DNA of 63,827 nucleotides, filler included, from 8 parts of 8 records of this genome joined end to end with filler, not necessarily neighbours in it, one strand, 5' to 3'. Shown: positions 36,007 to 49,114, counted from the whole stretch's first letter. Notes: a model not told the origin generated them from the sequence alone. Numbers and translations: made by a program.

Positions 36007-36947
36007 CTAGAATTTCATCGCTTCTTGACAGATCTCGGCAGATTCATCTTTCTGCACCCAGACATACTCGTCTCGATATTCGAGCAGCTCCCTCGCCAAC
36101 GGCGGCGTGGCCGCATCAGTATCCGGCCCGCAGCTGTTCGGACAGCAATACACACATATAGTACTAAAGTCGAGCGCCTTTCCGGCGACCGCCTGGGCCA
36201 GCTCCGGACTCATCTCGGTATCCTTCCGCAAGGCGTGCTCTAGGGCCGACTGCTGTCCGGAATCAAGCGCTTGATCCACCTGACAACATCTCGTAACCAC
36301 CAGCCAGCCCGCGCGGATACCCGCAGATAGTACAAAAGCGCCGGCATTAGCTGCAGCTCAAACCGTGTCTGGCTGCCGCAGTACCGGCAGCGGCCGCCTG
36401 CCTGGCACTGGCCGTTGCTCCATGCCCAGAGCGGCTCGCGCGAGTATCGCAGGACCTGCTCGGGCGCCGCGTTCAGCTTCTTCTGCCGCCCCGGGCTCGG
36501 GCCCCGGCCTGCGAGCCGGCCACCCGGAACAGCTTGTTGGCCTTGTCGCTCTTAGTCTCCTTAAGCTCGTCCAACTCGGACTGATTGATCTCGCCTACCA
36601 GGTCGCTCGCTAGAGCCACGACCCAGCTGGCACCCTCCGCCCTCACCCGCTGGTTGTACTGCTCGAGCAGCTGCTGGGTCTCCTCGTCCTCCTCGTCCGA
36701 TTCGTCGCTCTCCGGCTCCGAGTCTTGTATCAGCCCGAACTCAGGCAGTTCATCCGCCTCCCAGCTGCACGCCGGCTCCCCCGCCGCGCCCGCACGGATC
36801 TACCTCGCGTCAAACTTCTCCTCCGGGTTGGGCTCGTCATCCCCGAGCGCGTCCGGGCCGTAGAATGGGTTGGCCCTGCCTGGGGGATCGAGCCGACCCT
36901 CCAGCGAGGCGGCGCACCGGGGGAGCTGGCAGCGAAGGGCGCGCACG
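36007..36947 (-). CDS. PDCD2/PDCD2L-family protein, 5' partial, multi-exon
   Basis: PEQVLRYSREPLW, CRYCGSQTRFELQLMPALL, LDFSTICVYCCPNSC, EYVWVQ. Confidence 0.88.
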
Positions 36948-37047
36948 NNNNNNNNNNNNNNNNNNNNNNNNNNNNNNNNNNNNNNNNNNNNTTAATTAAT
37001 TAANNNNNNNNNNNNNNNNNNNNNNNNNNNNNNNNNNNNNNNNNNNN

Positions 37048-37956
37048 GTCTATCTTTTCTGAGAGACCCGGAGAATAGCCACGTGCGCTCTACTCTAAAG
37101 GTTTTGAGGTTCCTATCCACGGAAGTAGCTCGCCTGACAGACGGGATGGCTGCCGCGTTCAAAGCTAGAGACTTTGAAGCAGTGATTGCGCTGAGTTCGG
37201 AGGGGGTAGCACTCGAGACCGGGGATAAGAAGCACACGAGTGTGATGCTACTCAACCGCGGAAAGGCCAGGCACATGCAGGCCAAGGCTAGCAGCTCCGG
37301 GTCTGACGAGGAGGCCAAGGCTGCGGCACATGCTGCCTGGCGGAAGAGTCTGCATGATCTGCAGAGTGCGAGCTACCACGACGAGGCCGCGCTGGAGCCT
37401 TACCTGCTGCGGGCCGAGGTGCTTCAGGGGCTAGAAAGGTGGGAGGAGGCGGTGCTCGAGATAAAGGACGCCATCAGCAAAGGTCCAGGTAGTCAGAGCG
37501 TCGAAGCGCTCAATAAGCTCAATCAGGCTGAGTTCCTCGTGCGCAAGGCCAAGAGGCCAGACCTTTATCAACTGCTTGGAGTCAAATTTGGCCGCAAGGC
37601 TTCTGAGCTTGAGATTAAGAACGCGTACAAGAAGCAGGCGCTAATCTGGCACCCAGACAAGCAGACCGATAAATCGGAGGAAGAGAAGGTGTGGCGCTGC
37701 TCTGACCGCCTGAGGGCTTTGATCTACAGGCTGAGGCGACGAGCAAGTTCCAGCAACTCGGCGAGGCGCTTGAGGTACTCACGGATTCTTACATGAAGGG
37801 CTTGTGGGACGAAGGTACGGGAATTAATACGCACCTTGCTAGGCGGTGATAAAGTGGCTCATACGTTGTGGTTTGGTCACAGGGCACGACCTCGCGTCGA
37901 TCAAGCAACATGTGGAACTACGGAAGCAGCAGCAACAACAACAACGCTCTCGATGA
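37048..37956 (+). CDS. TPR + J-domain co-chaperone (DNAJC7-like), 5' partial
   Basis: DLYQLLGV...ASELEIKNAYKKQALIWHPDK...KFQQLGEALEVLTD; TPRs upstream; two introns (41 and 68 nt). Confidence 0.85.
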
Positions 37957-38252
37957 CATTAGTTTTCGTAGATGTCAAGCTACTAGTTACTGCTGTACAT
38001 GATTGCAGCCTAGAGTCTAAGGATGAATTTGCTGACATATCATTTTGTGTAGATATCATGGTCATTTTGAAGAATCTATGAGGATTTATTTATTCATGGG
38101 TCGACTAGATTGAATACATCTCTATTGGCTCTGGATGTTCTATGAGTCCGACGAGACAACTAATGTTGCGAGACCAGTTAGGAACTAGAGACTACAAAAC
38201 TTGGGTCATAGCCGGATGGTTAATCTCAGGCAACAGAGAGGGTCTCGATCGA

Positions 38253-40868
38253 TCACGTCGATGCCTTTGCAGCAGCGGCCTTTCGTCGCTCACGCTCTTT
38301 CGCAGCTGCTTTCGCAAGATTGTCCTGAGGCAGTCAGTCAGTTAGTCTACTCAGATGGGCAGGGCTCAACTGCACCTTATGAAGCTGCGATTTCTCCATG
38401 TGCTTCTGCAGCACTTCAGGCGAAGGAAACTTGCGGTTGCAGAGGTAGCAAATAGCACTGCCACTGCGCTGGCTCGGCGCCAGGCAGCATCTCACACCTG
38501 ATTGGAACAGCTGGCTTTTTCAGAGGACTTTTTGGAGGATCTGGCTGCTTTTTGACATTGAAGTTTGTCACTTCGAAAGAGAAGTCCGCCTGAACCCCCA
38601 TGGCTCGCAAGCCAGCCTAGCAGCTAATTCAAGGATACCATGGAGTCCTTTGACTTGGGCTTGACCAGAGGAGCGCCTGCCGCCACAAAGTCAGGGGCTA
38701 GCAATTACTTGCACAGTGACCCTGCACAAGCGGCTGGTCGCCTGCCTTGTTTGCTGCATTCCACTTGTCCACTTTCGACTTTTGCGTCTTCTTGGCGCTG
38801 GCGATTGAAGAGGAAGTAGCCTTCTTCTTCTTGGCCTTGGGAACTCCAATCACCGCCACGTCCTTGGATGCATCCGGCACCAGCGACGGCAGTCCAGCTC
38901 CCGGGATGTATCCGCCGTGGTTATCTGTGCGGTCGCCCATGGGTATAAGTGGGGGCAGAGCAATCTGAAAACACCGCTTCCTGGAGGCAGCGTAGAGCCC
39001 ACAGCTGCGCAGGCTTCATAGTCATTTTTGGCCGGATCGAAATAATATGCTTGGCCGTCTCTGTCATTATGCCGACATTTCAGAAATCAGAGAACAAGCC
39101 CTTGCTCGTACTTAAATGTGTAGTATACTCCTGTGCTCTTATCATAGTACTGGTCCGTCTCCTTATTGTAAAAATATCTGCACTCGCCCGTCAGACTGAT
39201 CAGTCCAGCAGTGGCACCCTGAAATTGGGTCCCGCTTGAATCCATTGTCTATTGCAACGTCGTCATCTTCGCCGCCTCGCTTATCCCTTGCGCTCCGGGC
39301 CTGTTCACATCCGATGGTTGAGATGACTATCATCAAAAACAAAACTGTCTCCAGAGGACAGCCGACCCATTACGCCATAGGCGACTACCAGTGGAGAGTG
39401 CCACTGGCCAGCACAGCCGGCCCGAGAACTGCAGGCTTTGTACCTGAGCCATCGCCATAGCTTGTTCCACTGCAGAGTGTGCGCCCGATGGATCGCCTCT
39501 GTGCGCCGGTGGATTGTCCCGGCTTCGAGCTATCGTCACTGAGACATATTTCCCGTCCACGCGGATGCCCATGTCGTCCGCCTGTGCCTTGCGAATCAAG
39601 ATCGCGGATGCAACACAGCGCAAAGGTCGCATCGTGGACCTGGCGCAGCGCTTGGCGCGCGTGGGTGGCGCTCTCAAACTCCACAAATGCTAGCTGCCTC
39701 TCTGGGAGGTGTCGCACCTGAACCGCCAAGATCTGAGAATCCGGAGATCGGTATGGCCGCTGCAGTGTCGAGGATATTTGTGGAGGACTTCACCTCAACC
39801 AGCTGCCCAAAGGGATTGAAGGCATTCCGCAGCGCTTGGTCGGGCGCATCCGCTGGAATGTCGCGCACCAGCAGGGTCTGCGAGTTGCCCTAGTGAACCC
39901 ATGCCCCTAACCAGACCACGATAGAGCACCGTCTCTTGCCCTTTGCCGCCTTTGCCGCCCTTGCCACCACGAAAGCCCTGGACAGCTTCCTCGAGCGCGA
40001 CAGCGTTGCCAAACCGCGAGGCCTGGCACTGGGCCGCCCTCAGCCGACGGACTGAGAGAGGCAGTCACCTGGAAGCACTCCTGCCGTCGGGCGAAGTTCA
40101 TAGTATTGCACTGTGTGCATACCCAATCCGAATGCTTCTTGTGCTCCTGGGTCGGAGGCTGCCTCTCAGTTCGGAAGCACGCCTCGAGCGCACACGTCGC
40201 GCCCTCCACCTTCCAAACCCTCATCCGACTCCGGGTCGGCCGGTCACCTCGAGGGTGCCATACATGGCTAGCATCTTTGCCCCGTCCTCAGTCTCCATCT
40301 CTATTGCAGCAGACGACGGGTCGAGCTGATGCAGCTGCCCGACACTCAGACTCGGCGCCCGCGCCCGGCACCTTAGCCACTGTCCCAATGTACATGGCTA
40401 TCGTCTCCAGCACGGCATACACCGCATCCTCGCTGCATCCCCGAGGCAGGCCCTGCGACGCTGCCTCCGCCCCGCGCTCGCTGCTGCGCGACTCACCCGG
40501 ATGATTACGCGTCTAGGGTCGTTCCGAGGGGGGCGCCTGTCCGACCGGCTCGCACAATCGATCCCCTGAGCCCGGCACCTGTCGTCATACCTTTCACCAC
40601 CAATCCTCCCCTGGAGCTGAGGTGATCGGCCGCCGCCTCGCCGGTCCCGATCCCCCCGCGACCGCGATCGCGATCTGGAGCGCCGTCGCTCCCGGCTGCG
40701 CGAGTGCCGCCGCCCGTCGTACCGCCCGTCGTACCGCTCGTGCGATCGATCCCGCCGCCCCCGGTCGCGCGGAGATCGGCTGCGGGAGCCTCGCCGGCCG
40801 TCACGGGAGGCCCCGCCGGTGTAGATCGTCTCGGCCTTGAACCCGTCGTTATAGTCTTCGAAGTCCAT
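38253..40868 (-). CDS. RBM5/RBM10/SUA-like splicing factor (RS region, RRM, RanBP2 ZnF, RRM, OCRE, C2H2), many introns
   Basis: DWVCTQCNTMNFARRQECFQ; LAFVEFES; OCRE NGFKRDPISGYFYNKETDQYYDKSTGVYY; CYLCNRKFPSPEVLQKHMEKSQLHKDNL. Confidence 0.85.
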
Positions 40869-41062
40869 CGCGGGCTAGCCGGACGAACCGGTCAGGCTAC
40901 CCAACCGCCGAAACAGCCGCCTCTACCGTCGACCACCAGCCTCTTTGGCGGTATCGATGGCCAACCACCTGCGCGAATCCGTTGGAACAGCTGCAGTGCG
41001 GCGCGGAGTGGGGTACTGTTCAGCTTCAGCAGTGCGGCGGCTCTGGTCAACCGGGTGGCTGC

Positions 41063-42932
41063 ATGCTGCGTTCGGGCATGCGGTCGAAGCTGCTGCTGTT
41101 GCTCCCACTTCTGGTCAACGGGGCTGCCACTCTGAAGCTGGCGTCGGTGCTGGCGTCACACATGGTTGCGCAGCACTCGGCCCCCGTCCCAATCTGGGGA
41201 CACGCGCCGGCGGGGCAGCGTGTCGAGGTTACTTTAGTAACCACACTGGGTAGCCGCACAGTGTCCCAGCTTGCCACTGCCGCTGGCACATTTACCGTAG
41301 CGCTGCCTCCGCAGCCAGCCGGGCTGGAGCCTGGAGAGATCACTGTTCGGGCTGGTGCTGACAGGCTTAAGCTTGAAGATGTGGTGTTTGGAACCGTCGT
41401 GCTATGCTCCGGCCAGTCGAATATGGGGCTCGGGGTGGAGGCCACGGAGAATCCGAGGCAAGTGCTGGCTGAGGCTGGCCACCACGGGTCCGGGCTGCGG
41501 CTTATGAATGTTGCCAACACCCAGGCTGGGTGCAACGCCACCTCGCCGCTAGCTGATGCGCCTGTAGACCGGCCATGGAGCACCCCAGGGGCTGTCTCGC
41601 CTGCCAATTTTTCCGCTGTAAGCAACCCAGCGCTAACTCTGTAAAAGCCTTACCATCGTCTTGTAGGCATGTTACTTTCTGGGTGTGGAGCTCACTAAAC
41701 GGCGGCCACAGCACCCAGTGGGGCTGATCACAGCAGCCTGGGGTGGCGTGGGAATCGAGGTTTTCATGACGCACAGAGCGCTTCATCGATGCGGTAATTG
41801 CGGTCACAATCGTGGTGGCTGTGGTCGCACGCACCAACCGCCACCCTCCGCAGTAGATTATAGCAACCCAGATCCAGGGCTAGAGTATATCCAACAGCGG
41901 CGAAGCACTGCCGCCGCACCCACTTGTGGAATACCTCGCGTGCCCGGCACACTGTGGAATTCCATGATTGCACCGTTGCTGCCACTGCGCTTGGGTCTGT
42001 TTCTCTGGTATCAGGGCGAGTCCAACGCCGACCAACCGACACTGTACAGGCACTGCCTAAGAGAATTGATAGTGCAATGGCGTTCCGAGTTCAGTGCTGA
42101 GTGGAGCAAACTGCCAGGACAGCTCGAACCTGCGGACGCGGTGAATTTCACACCATTCACTGTCGTGCAGCTCGCCCCCTGGCCTAATCAGGACTCAGGA
42201 CTGCTCCCCAAGATGCGATTTGCTCAGCAAGAGGCAGTGCGGATGCTGCCACAAACCGGCATGGTGGTAGCAGCTGATCTCGGGGATCCAGCGGGTGTGT
42301 TTCATCCCATTCACACTCCATACAAATCTGAGCTAGGCAGGCGGGCGGCCTTGGTGGCTGACCGGCTTGTTTTCGGCAATAAGAGCGTGGAATTGCATGG
42401 GCCGCAGGTAGTAAACGTTACCTGGGATGTGTATGAGCCCAGCTGGGGAGCCGCTTGGCATCACGGAACTCCTTACGATCCAACGTTCCAAGACGTGTCA
42501 ACCGCCTGTGGGTTTGCTGCCGATCCTGGTGGGAGTGGCCCCTGGCTTTGTGGCGGCTTGCGCGTGATGTTCGATAGGGACGTTGTTCTTCGTTCGAGCT
42601 ACGGCGGGGTTTACGGCCTGCAGCACGCGTTTGAGTTATTGAACGAGGTCTATGCAGAAGATGAGAACGCCGCAGATCGGCGGCGAGTCAACGAGACAGC
42701 GTGTCCGAGCATGCTGTGGCCCAACTGCTCACGCTGTCCATGCAAGCAGCCGCTCGCGCTACTGAGTGGCTCGCAACATTTGCAACCTTTCCGTACTCTG
42801 CAATTCAACACGACCTTCGTATCTGGCGTGCCTGCTGTTTTGAGATATGGCTTTGGTGATTATCCATCCCTTTTACTGTACGATGCTATGGATGGAAGGC
42901 CGGTGGCACCATTCAATGTGTCGATCGAATGA
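41063..42932 (+). CDS. Secreted sialate O-acetylesterase (SGNH family), 1 intron 41618-41666
   Basis: EDVVFGTVVLCSGQSNM, FSAACYF, PVGLI.AAWGG..IE, LWNSMIAPL, WYQGESNA, IH..YK..LG.R. Confidence 0.9.
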
Positions 42933-43292
42933 GACTCGCAGACCAATGCATTGCATAGGACGATAGGATGTCGATTTGCTCTAGATTTTCTCAACCTAGA
43001 ATCCTAGCTAACCATTTTATTTCCGGAATTCAATACATAACTGCACTTAGCCAGACGTAGGGATGGACAGCCGGTAATAAAACGCCTTCACCGCCTTCAC
43101 CTTCCAAAAAAAGTCAGCGCGCTCGNNNNNNNNNNNNNNNNNNNNNNNNNNNNNNNNNNNNNNNNNNNNTTAATTAATTAANNNNNNNNNNNNNNNNNNN
43201 NNNNNNNNNNNNNNNNNNNNNNNNNTGAGCCCATCGGAACGAATACAGCTTTAGCCGACATTTATTATCTTGGACACCGCCACACCGGAACA

Positions 43293-43884
43293 ATGCTACG
43301 GCTGTGCGCCAGCCAGGCCGGCCCGCGAACAACCAGCAGCATAATGCTACGGCTGCGCGCCAGCCAGGCTGGCCGGCGGCTGTTGCCGCGGAGTGGTTGG
43401 CCGGTAGAGCTGCTGGTCGACGTCCAGTGGGGCGACCAGGACGCTTACCACCACGTAAACAACACCACGGTGCCCCCGGCCCGCGCCCACCGCAGCCTCG
43501 GGGCAGTTCTTCCGTTGGTTCGAGTCGGCGCACATCAAATACCTCGAGCAGCTCGGGATCATGCTTCAGGGCAACGCGGCCGACGCCGAGGGCGCGATCA
43601 TCGCCCGCTCAGAGTGCCAATTCGTCAAAAGCATTAGTTATCCCGGTGGCACCGCCCGTGGGCCCGGGCGGACTGCGGGGACAGAGGCGGTACTGGTGCG
43701 GTGCCGGGGGACTGAGGTCGGGCGGACGAGCCTGGCCGTCGAATACGAGGTACGAGACAGCGGGGCGGCACTGTGTGCCGTTGGGAATGCCACACTGGTG
43801 CACTACGATCACACCAATCTCAGGTCGCTACCGCTGACAGCGGAGCAACGTGCCAGAATAGAGGCGATAGAAGATATCAAGTAA
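43293..43884 (+). CDS. Hotdog-fold acyl-CoA thioesterase (4HBT/YbgC-like)
   Basis: VQWGDQDAYHHVNNTTFFRWFESA after removing intron 43470-43506; Arg-rich transit-like N-terminus. Confidence 0.88.
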
Positions 43885-43938
43885 AATGCCATAGTGATGC
43901 ATACTCAAACAAGTATAACGCTAAGCCAGATAACAACT

Positions 43939-45090
43939 CTACAACAGAAAGCTAGTGACATCGATCGCGTAAAAGTGCGGCGACACCACCCTCGCTCTTT
44001 TCACTTTGGCGCTGGCCGAGAAATCGAGTTGGCTGAGCTCGATCAGCCGCCAGGTCATGTCTACCCGGCCTCGATGGTACAGCTGCCGCGTCTTGGGAAC
44101 GCTGAGTGTAGCCATCGTAGTAGTCTCCAACGGATCCTGTGGCCCAGAACTGGCCACAGTGCCCTTCACCTTGTAGACCGTGTTCAGGATCTCCTGGCCC
44201 AGGGTGAGCGCCCCCTCTAGATCAGTCGGCGGGTTAAATCGCATTGCAAACGCCTTCGCAAAAAACGCTCTCACAAACCTTGCCGGCCCGCCCCCGTCGC
44301 CGGGCAGACCCAGCAGGTTGAACCCATGCCCTACCGGTGTCGGCACCACTGGCCCACTGCCCGGCTGGTACGGGTCGCTAGCCCACGGATACCACGAGTC
44401 GCTGACGGATGCCTGGCTGGACCGATCGACAGCCGGCCAACTCGGCTGGAGAGCCACATATTGGTTCAGGTTGTTCAGGTGCCAGCTCCAGTCGGGGTCG
44501 TTGGTGAGCACCCCGACCGTGTTGTTGTGCAGCCGGGCCGCCCCGCGGACAAATTCGAGCACCGCAGCATCCCCTGAGGCGTCGGCCAGGCCCCAGGCGT
44601 AGGTGATCTGCGGGCTCATCGCTGGAGGATCGGGGATCACACGGAGCCGGTTGGGACTGGCGAGCTCCGCCCGGAGCTGGGCGATGCTCTCGAACTGGGA
44701 GAGCAGCCACTGGTCCATATCTCTCGCGCAGATCCCCGGGGCGTCGGCCGGCTCGTACTGGCTCAGCTTGAGCATGTGGTGGCCCACCACCAGGCCGGCC
44801 TCGTTCATTCCTCCGATAAACCCGAGGCGGCCGGTGAAGCTCGCGCACCGGCCGGCCGGATCCGGGGCGCAGTCCCCGCCGCAGGCTGTCCCGTTGCCGC
44901 CGCCGAGCAGGGCGCCCCGGAGAGTGGGAGAGAGAAAGTGGCCGCCGTGGGCCGTGACGAAGTCGCCGCTCTCGACGGTGTTGGCCACTACGGTGCCGGC
45001 CGGGGACGGGACCAGCACCTGGGTGCACCCGGCGCAGCCCCCGACCAACAAACCGAGCGCCGCGAGGAGCCGGGAGCACAGCTGCGGCAT
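43939..45090 (-). CDS. Secreted choloylglycine hydrolase / penicillin V acylase family Ntn-hydrolase, intronless
   Basis: Signal peptide, then N-terminal nucleophile CT; GMNEAGL, DASG.A.VLE, GVLTNDPDW.WHL.NL.QY, GLPGD.....RFVRA. Confidence 0.88.
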   Translation of the reverse strand: MPQLCSRLLAALGLLVGGCAGCTQVLVPSPAGTVVANTVESGDFVTAHGGHFLSPTLRGALLGGGNGTACGGDCAPDPAGRCASFTGRLGFIGGMNEAGLVVGHHMLKLSQYEPADAPGICARDMDQWLLSQFESIAQLRAELASPNRLRVIPDPPAMSPQITYAWGLADASGDAAVLEFVRGAARLHNNTVGVLTNDPDWSWHLNNLNQYVALQPSWPAVDRSSQASVSDSWYPWASDPYQPGSGPVVPTPVGHGFNLLGLPGDGGGPARFVRAFFAKAFAMRFNPPTDLEGALTLGQEILNTVYKVKGTVASSGPQDPLETTTMATLSVPKTRQLYHRGRVDMTWRLIELSQLDFSASAKVKRARVVSPHFYAIDVTSFLL

Positions 45091-45141
45091 TGTGCTGGCT
45101 AACGGCAATTTTTGAGCGGTCGGGGGTCAATCCGGGCCATT

Positions 45142-48100
45142 ATGGATCCCGCCCTGCTGGCCCTTATCCAAAGCCCGGGGCTCTTGCCACAGCAGCAGCT
45201 GCAGCTGCTTGCGGTGCTGCAGCAGCCGGGGCTCACGCCGCAGCAGCAAGCCGCCATCATGGCGGCGGTGCAACGGCCGCAGCCCAAGCCGCAGCCCAAG
45301 CCGCGCCGCCCGGCTGTCGACGAGGATGAGGGCGCTGGAGGGGTGCAGGCCGACAGCGAGGAGAACATTTTCCACCGGTATGTGTGTCGCAGCGGCAATC
45401 CTGCCCCGCACCACCCTGGGGACATCGTCGAAAGCGTCTCGCTGGCCGGTGCCGCCCGGCCGGTGGTTCGGGCTGAGCGATTGGCAGACGCGGACCTGCC
45501 GCCGGCCGCGTTCCCGATCCTGGAGTCGCTCGGCCCGCAGGTGGCCGCCGGGAAGGTGACCCCTACCTGTGGCTGGGGCTGAGAGTGGGCGGTGCAGTTA
45601 TCGGACTTGCAGCTGGAAGGCGTCCAGTTCGCCGCTCAGCGACACCAGCAGTTCCTCAGCGGCGGGTCGCGGGCCGCCTTCTACATAGCCGATAGCGCCG
45701 GAGTGGGCAAAGGACGACAGATCGCTGCCATCGTGATCGACAGCGTCGCGCGGGGCAGGCCTAAACATCTGTGGTTCTCGGCATCGTCCGACCTGATAGA
45801 AGACGCCAGAAGAGACCTGAGGGACCTGGACTGCCCCGGGATTAACGTAGTGAACGGCTGCCAGGAGCTGGACTCCAAGACAAAGGCGTTCGGGCTGAGC
45901 TCAAGCTGCAAAACGGGGGTGATGTTTTCGACATACGCCACGCTCGCCTCCTCGGGTGGCAGCGGCAAGCAGTCGCGGATCCAGCAGCTCATCCAGTGGT
46001 GTGGGCCGCAGTTTGACGGCGTGGTGGCGTTCGACGAGTGCCACAAGGCCAAGAACTTTAAGGACGCGAGCGACGAACGCGCCGGTGCCGGAACCAAAAT
46101 CGGGCAAGCCGTAATGCAGCTGCAAGCCGAGTTGCCCAGAGCTAGGGTGGTGTTTGCGTCGGCGACCGGTGTGACTGAGCTCAAGAATATGAGCTACATG
46201 ACCCGACTCGGGCTGTGGGGACCGGGCACATCGTTTGAGGATTTCCAGAGGTTTAAGCGAGAGCTGGATAAGAGGGGAGTGGGGGCGCTCGAGATGCTTG
46301 CGATCGAGATGAAGACCCAGGGCATGTACGTCAGCCGGGGGCTGGGGTTCAGCCAGGCCGAGTTTGTGATCGACGAGTGCCCTATCACGCCAGGGCTCAA
46401 GCAGATGTACGACGGGGCTGTCGAGCTGTGGCAGGAGCTCGGCCGGGCGTTCCGGCAGGCCCCTGCTGAGCAGGGGGCGGGCCGAGGGTTCTGGGGGCAC
46501 TCCCAGCGCTTCTTTAAACAGATGGCAATCAGTATTAAAGTGGACCACGTTGTGAGGAAGACGCAAGAAGCACTGGCGCAGGGGTTTGCTGTTGTGATCG
46601 GGCTGCAGACCACCGGTGAGGCGAGCATGGAGCAAGAGCTTCGTAAGGCTGGCCGGCTGGAGGGCCAGTTTGTGTCGACGGTGCGGGAGATGCTCACTCG
46701 ATTGATTGGCACGCTGCCAGAGACAACCAAATCTGGCGAGTCGCTGCCAGAGCTCGCAGCCACAAAGCGCCGGCTGATGGACAGAGCGCAGCACATGGAG
46801 CTGCCCAATGCTGTGCTCGACTCGTTGATTGATGGGCTGGGAGGCCCGGATAAGGTGTCGGAGATGACCGGACGGTCCGGGCGCATCATTCGGAAGCGGG
46901 GGAGTGTAGTTTATGAGCAGCGAGGGTCCAAGGAAGATGACCGTGAGAAGCTCAATGTTAACGAGTGCAAGCGATTCCAGAATGGGGACAAGCTAGTAGC
47001 GATTATCTCGGACGCAGCCTCAACAGGAATTTCACTCCATGCGTCGCGCGGTGTAAGAAACCAGCGACGAAGGATGCACATTACGCTCGAGCTTCCATGG
47101 TCTGCAGACAAGGCGATCCAGCAGCTCGGCAGGACACACAGGAGCAACGCAGTGTCAGCACCGCTGTACGCACTAGTGACCTCAAAGCTAGCTGGCGAGC
47201 GGCGGTTTATTGCAGCTATAGCCGGGCGGCTGCAGAGCCTGGGCGCCCTCACTAAGGGAGATAGGCGGGCTGCTAGTGGCCAGGACCTAAGCCAGTTTCA
47301 CTTCGATACTCGGCACGGTCGGCGTGCGTTAGCTGACATGGTCCAATCGGCCTGCGATGCGGGATCGGTTCATGCTGCGCAAGGGATGATGATGGGACAC
47401 GCGGCGCAGCCCCCCGACGCGGGCTGGCTGGAGCTGTATGAGCTGATGAGCCAGGCGAGCATGCTGGACGATGCCACCACCGTGATGAATGACGCCTCTA
47501 AGGCCGACGTTAAAAAGTTCCTCAACCGACTCCTGTGCGTCCACATCGACGGGCAGGACAGGCTGTTCTCAAAGTTCTCGGCTAACCTCTCTCGCACTGT
47601 GGCAGCTGCCAAGAGTGACGGCACATACGAGGACGGCATGGCGGACCTCAGAGGGAGTTCCATCACCACTCACGGGGCACCATCGGACGTGCACTGCGGT
47701 TTGCAGTACCGCACCCTCCGAATCGACCGTGGGATTGGCTACGAGCGCGCCACACAGATGCTGCGTGATCACCCGGGCGTCAGTGACAAGTCTGGGTTCT
47801 ATAGACTCAAACAGCCGGCCCCGGGCGGCCGGCGGCACTACTGCTTGGCCCTGCGCAAGCAAGGATTCTCTAGCCACGGGAGCCCACCTTTTCTGCTTTC
47901 GAGGCCCAATACAGGCACCAAGTGGGGCGAAGAAATTGCGAGCGAGTTCCTACGAAAGTACGAAAGAGTCGAGCCAGCTGATGCAGAGGCAGCATGGGTC
48001 AAGATGTATCAACAGACTGAGAGCGGCTGCATGCACGGCGCCAGCTGCTCTAAAGCCGGCCGAGGGGCTGGCGGCCGATGCATCACAGGCACACGGATGA

Positions 48101-48801
48101 CCGACGTCGGGATCCTTTTTGGCAAGGTGGTGCCGTACTGGGGAGCAATCCAGCAGGTGATCACGGCATCACGAGACTCTATAACAGCCGAGGAGCGAGC
48201 AGTGAGGGTAGTGAGGGCCGAGACCACTGAGGCTCCTGCGTCTCGCCATGTCGGAGTGCGCTTCCCGCCACATCTGCTCAAGCAGCTTCGTGATCACCTG
48301 GCGGCTCACGACAAGAAGCCTAGCGGCCCTGTCCAGTCTGTCTTGTCCTTCAACAGTAACCCCATGCAACCGGCTGCTCCGTCCGTGCTCCCAGCTGCCC
48401 CGTCGCCACCCCCGCCTGCTGAGGACCCTGCCCCTGTAGTCGCAGCGGCAATGAAGAAGATGAGCACAGTTGCCCAGAAAACGCTTCAGAGCTTTTTTGG
48501 TAAGCCAGCTGCTGAGAGGGCCCCTCCACAGCCGAAGCCACTGTCTGACCTGGAGAGGGCCATTCAGGCAAGCTTGCAGGACACCAATCCGCCTGCTGCT
48601 CAGCCACAGGTGATTGAGCTATCTGATTCACCGCCCGTAGCGCAAGCTAGCCTACGGGAGGAGCCCGCTGCGCCGGCCGCGTCGGGCAACACGTTGCCCA
48701 AACCAAGGGCTGAGAAGCGGAAAGCACCGAGTGAGGGGAGTAGCCTCCGCGACTTTTTCACCAAGAAGCTCAAGGCAAAAGCTGAAACAGAGAACCTATG
48801 A
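45142..48801 (+). CDS. SBNO: Strawberry notch homolog (SBNO/FORGETTER1-like), 2 introns
   Basis: LSDLQLEGV, DSAGVGKGRQIA, FDECHKAKN, ASATG, VIGLQTTGE, EMTGR, IISDAASTGISLHA, QQLGRTHRSN. Confidence 0.95.
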
Positions 48802-49114
48802 GGCGAGTTCATTTGGTCGTGCTGATTATAATTACACCTATAGATGCCAATTTCAAGTGCATGATTGTGTGGCATTCCGTTCTAATTCAGTTCTAATTCA
48901 GTTCTAATTCATGGTACATGACTTGTACTCGAATAAATTTGCACACGTTTTCGTTTTAATTAAAGCTTGACTCTTGTACTAATTAAAGCTTGACTCTTGT
49001 ATATTTATTTATGAATCTTGAAGTTCCCTCTTTGCTGCATAGGAAGCCTATCCGATTGATCATGCGATCAAACACTTGTAGCGCACTTCAATAGCATAAT
49101 GTTACATGTATGGG

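Noticed and set aside
48879-49001. Short tandem duplications (GTTCTAATTCA x3; TAATTAAAGCTTGACTCTTGTA x2), and similar ones at 23648-23681 and 62556-62638
   Set aside because: Ordinary slippage duplications in intergenic DNA; no spacers or element structure.
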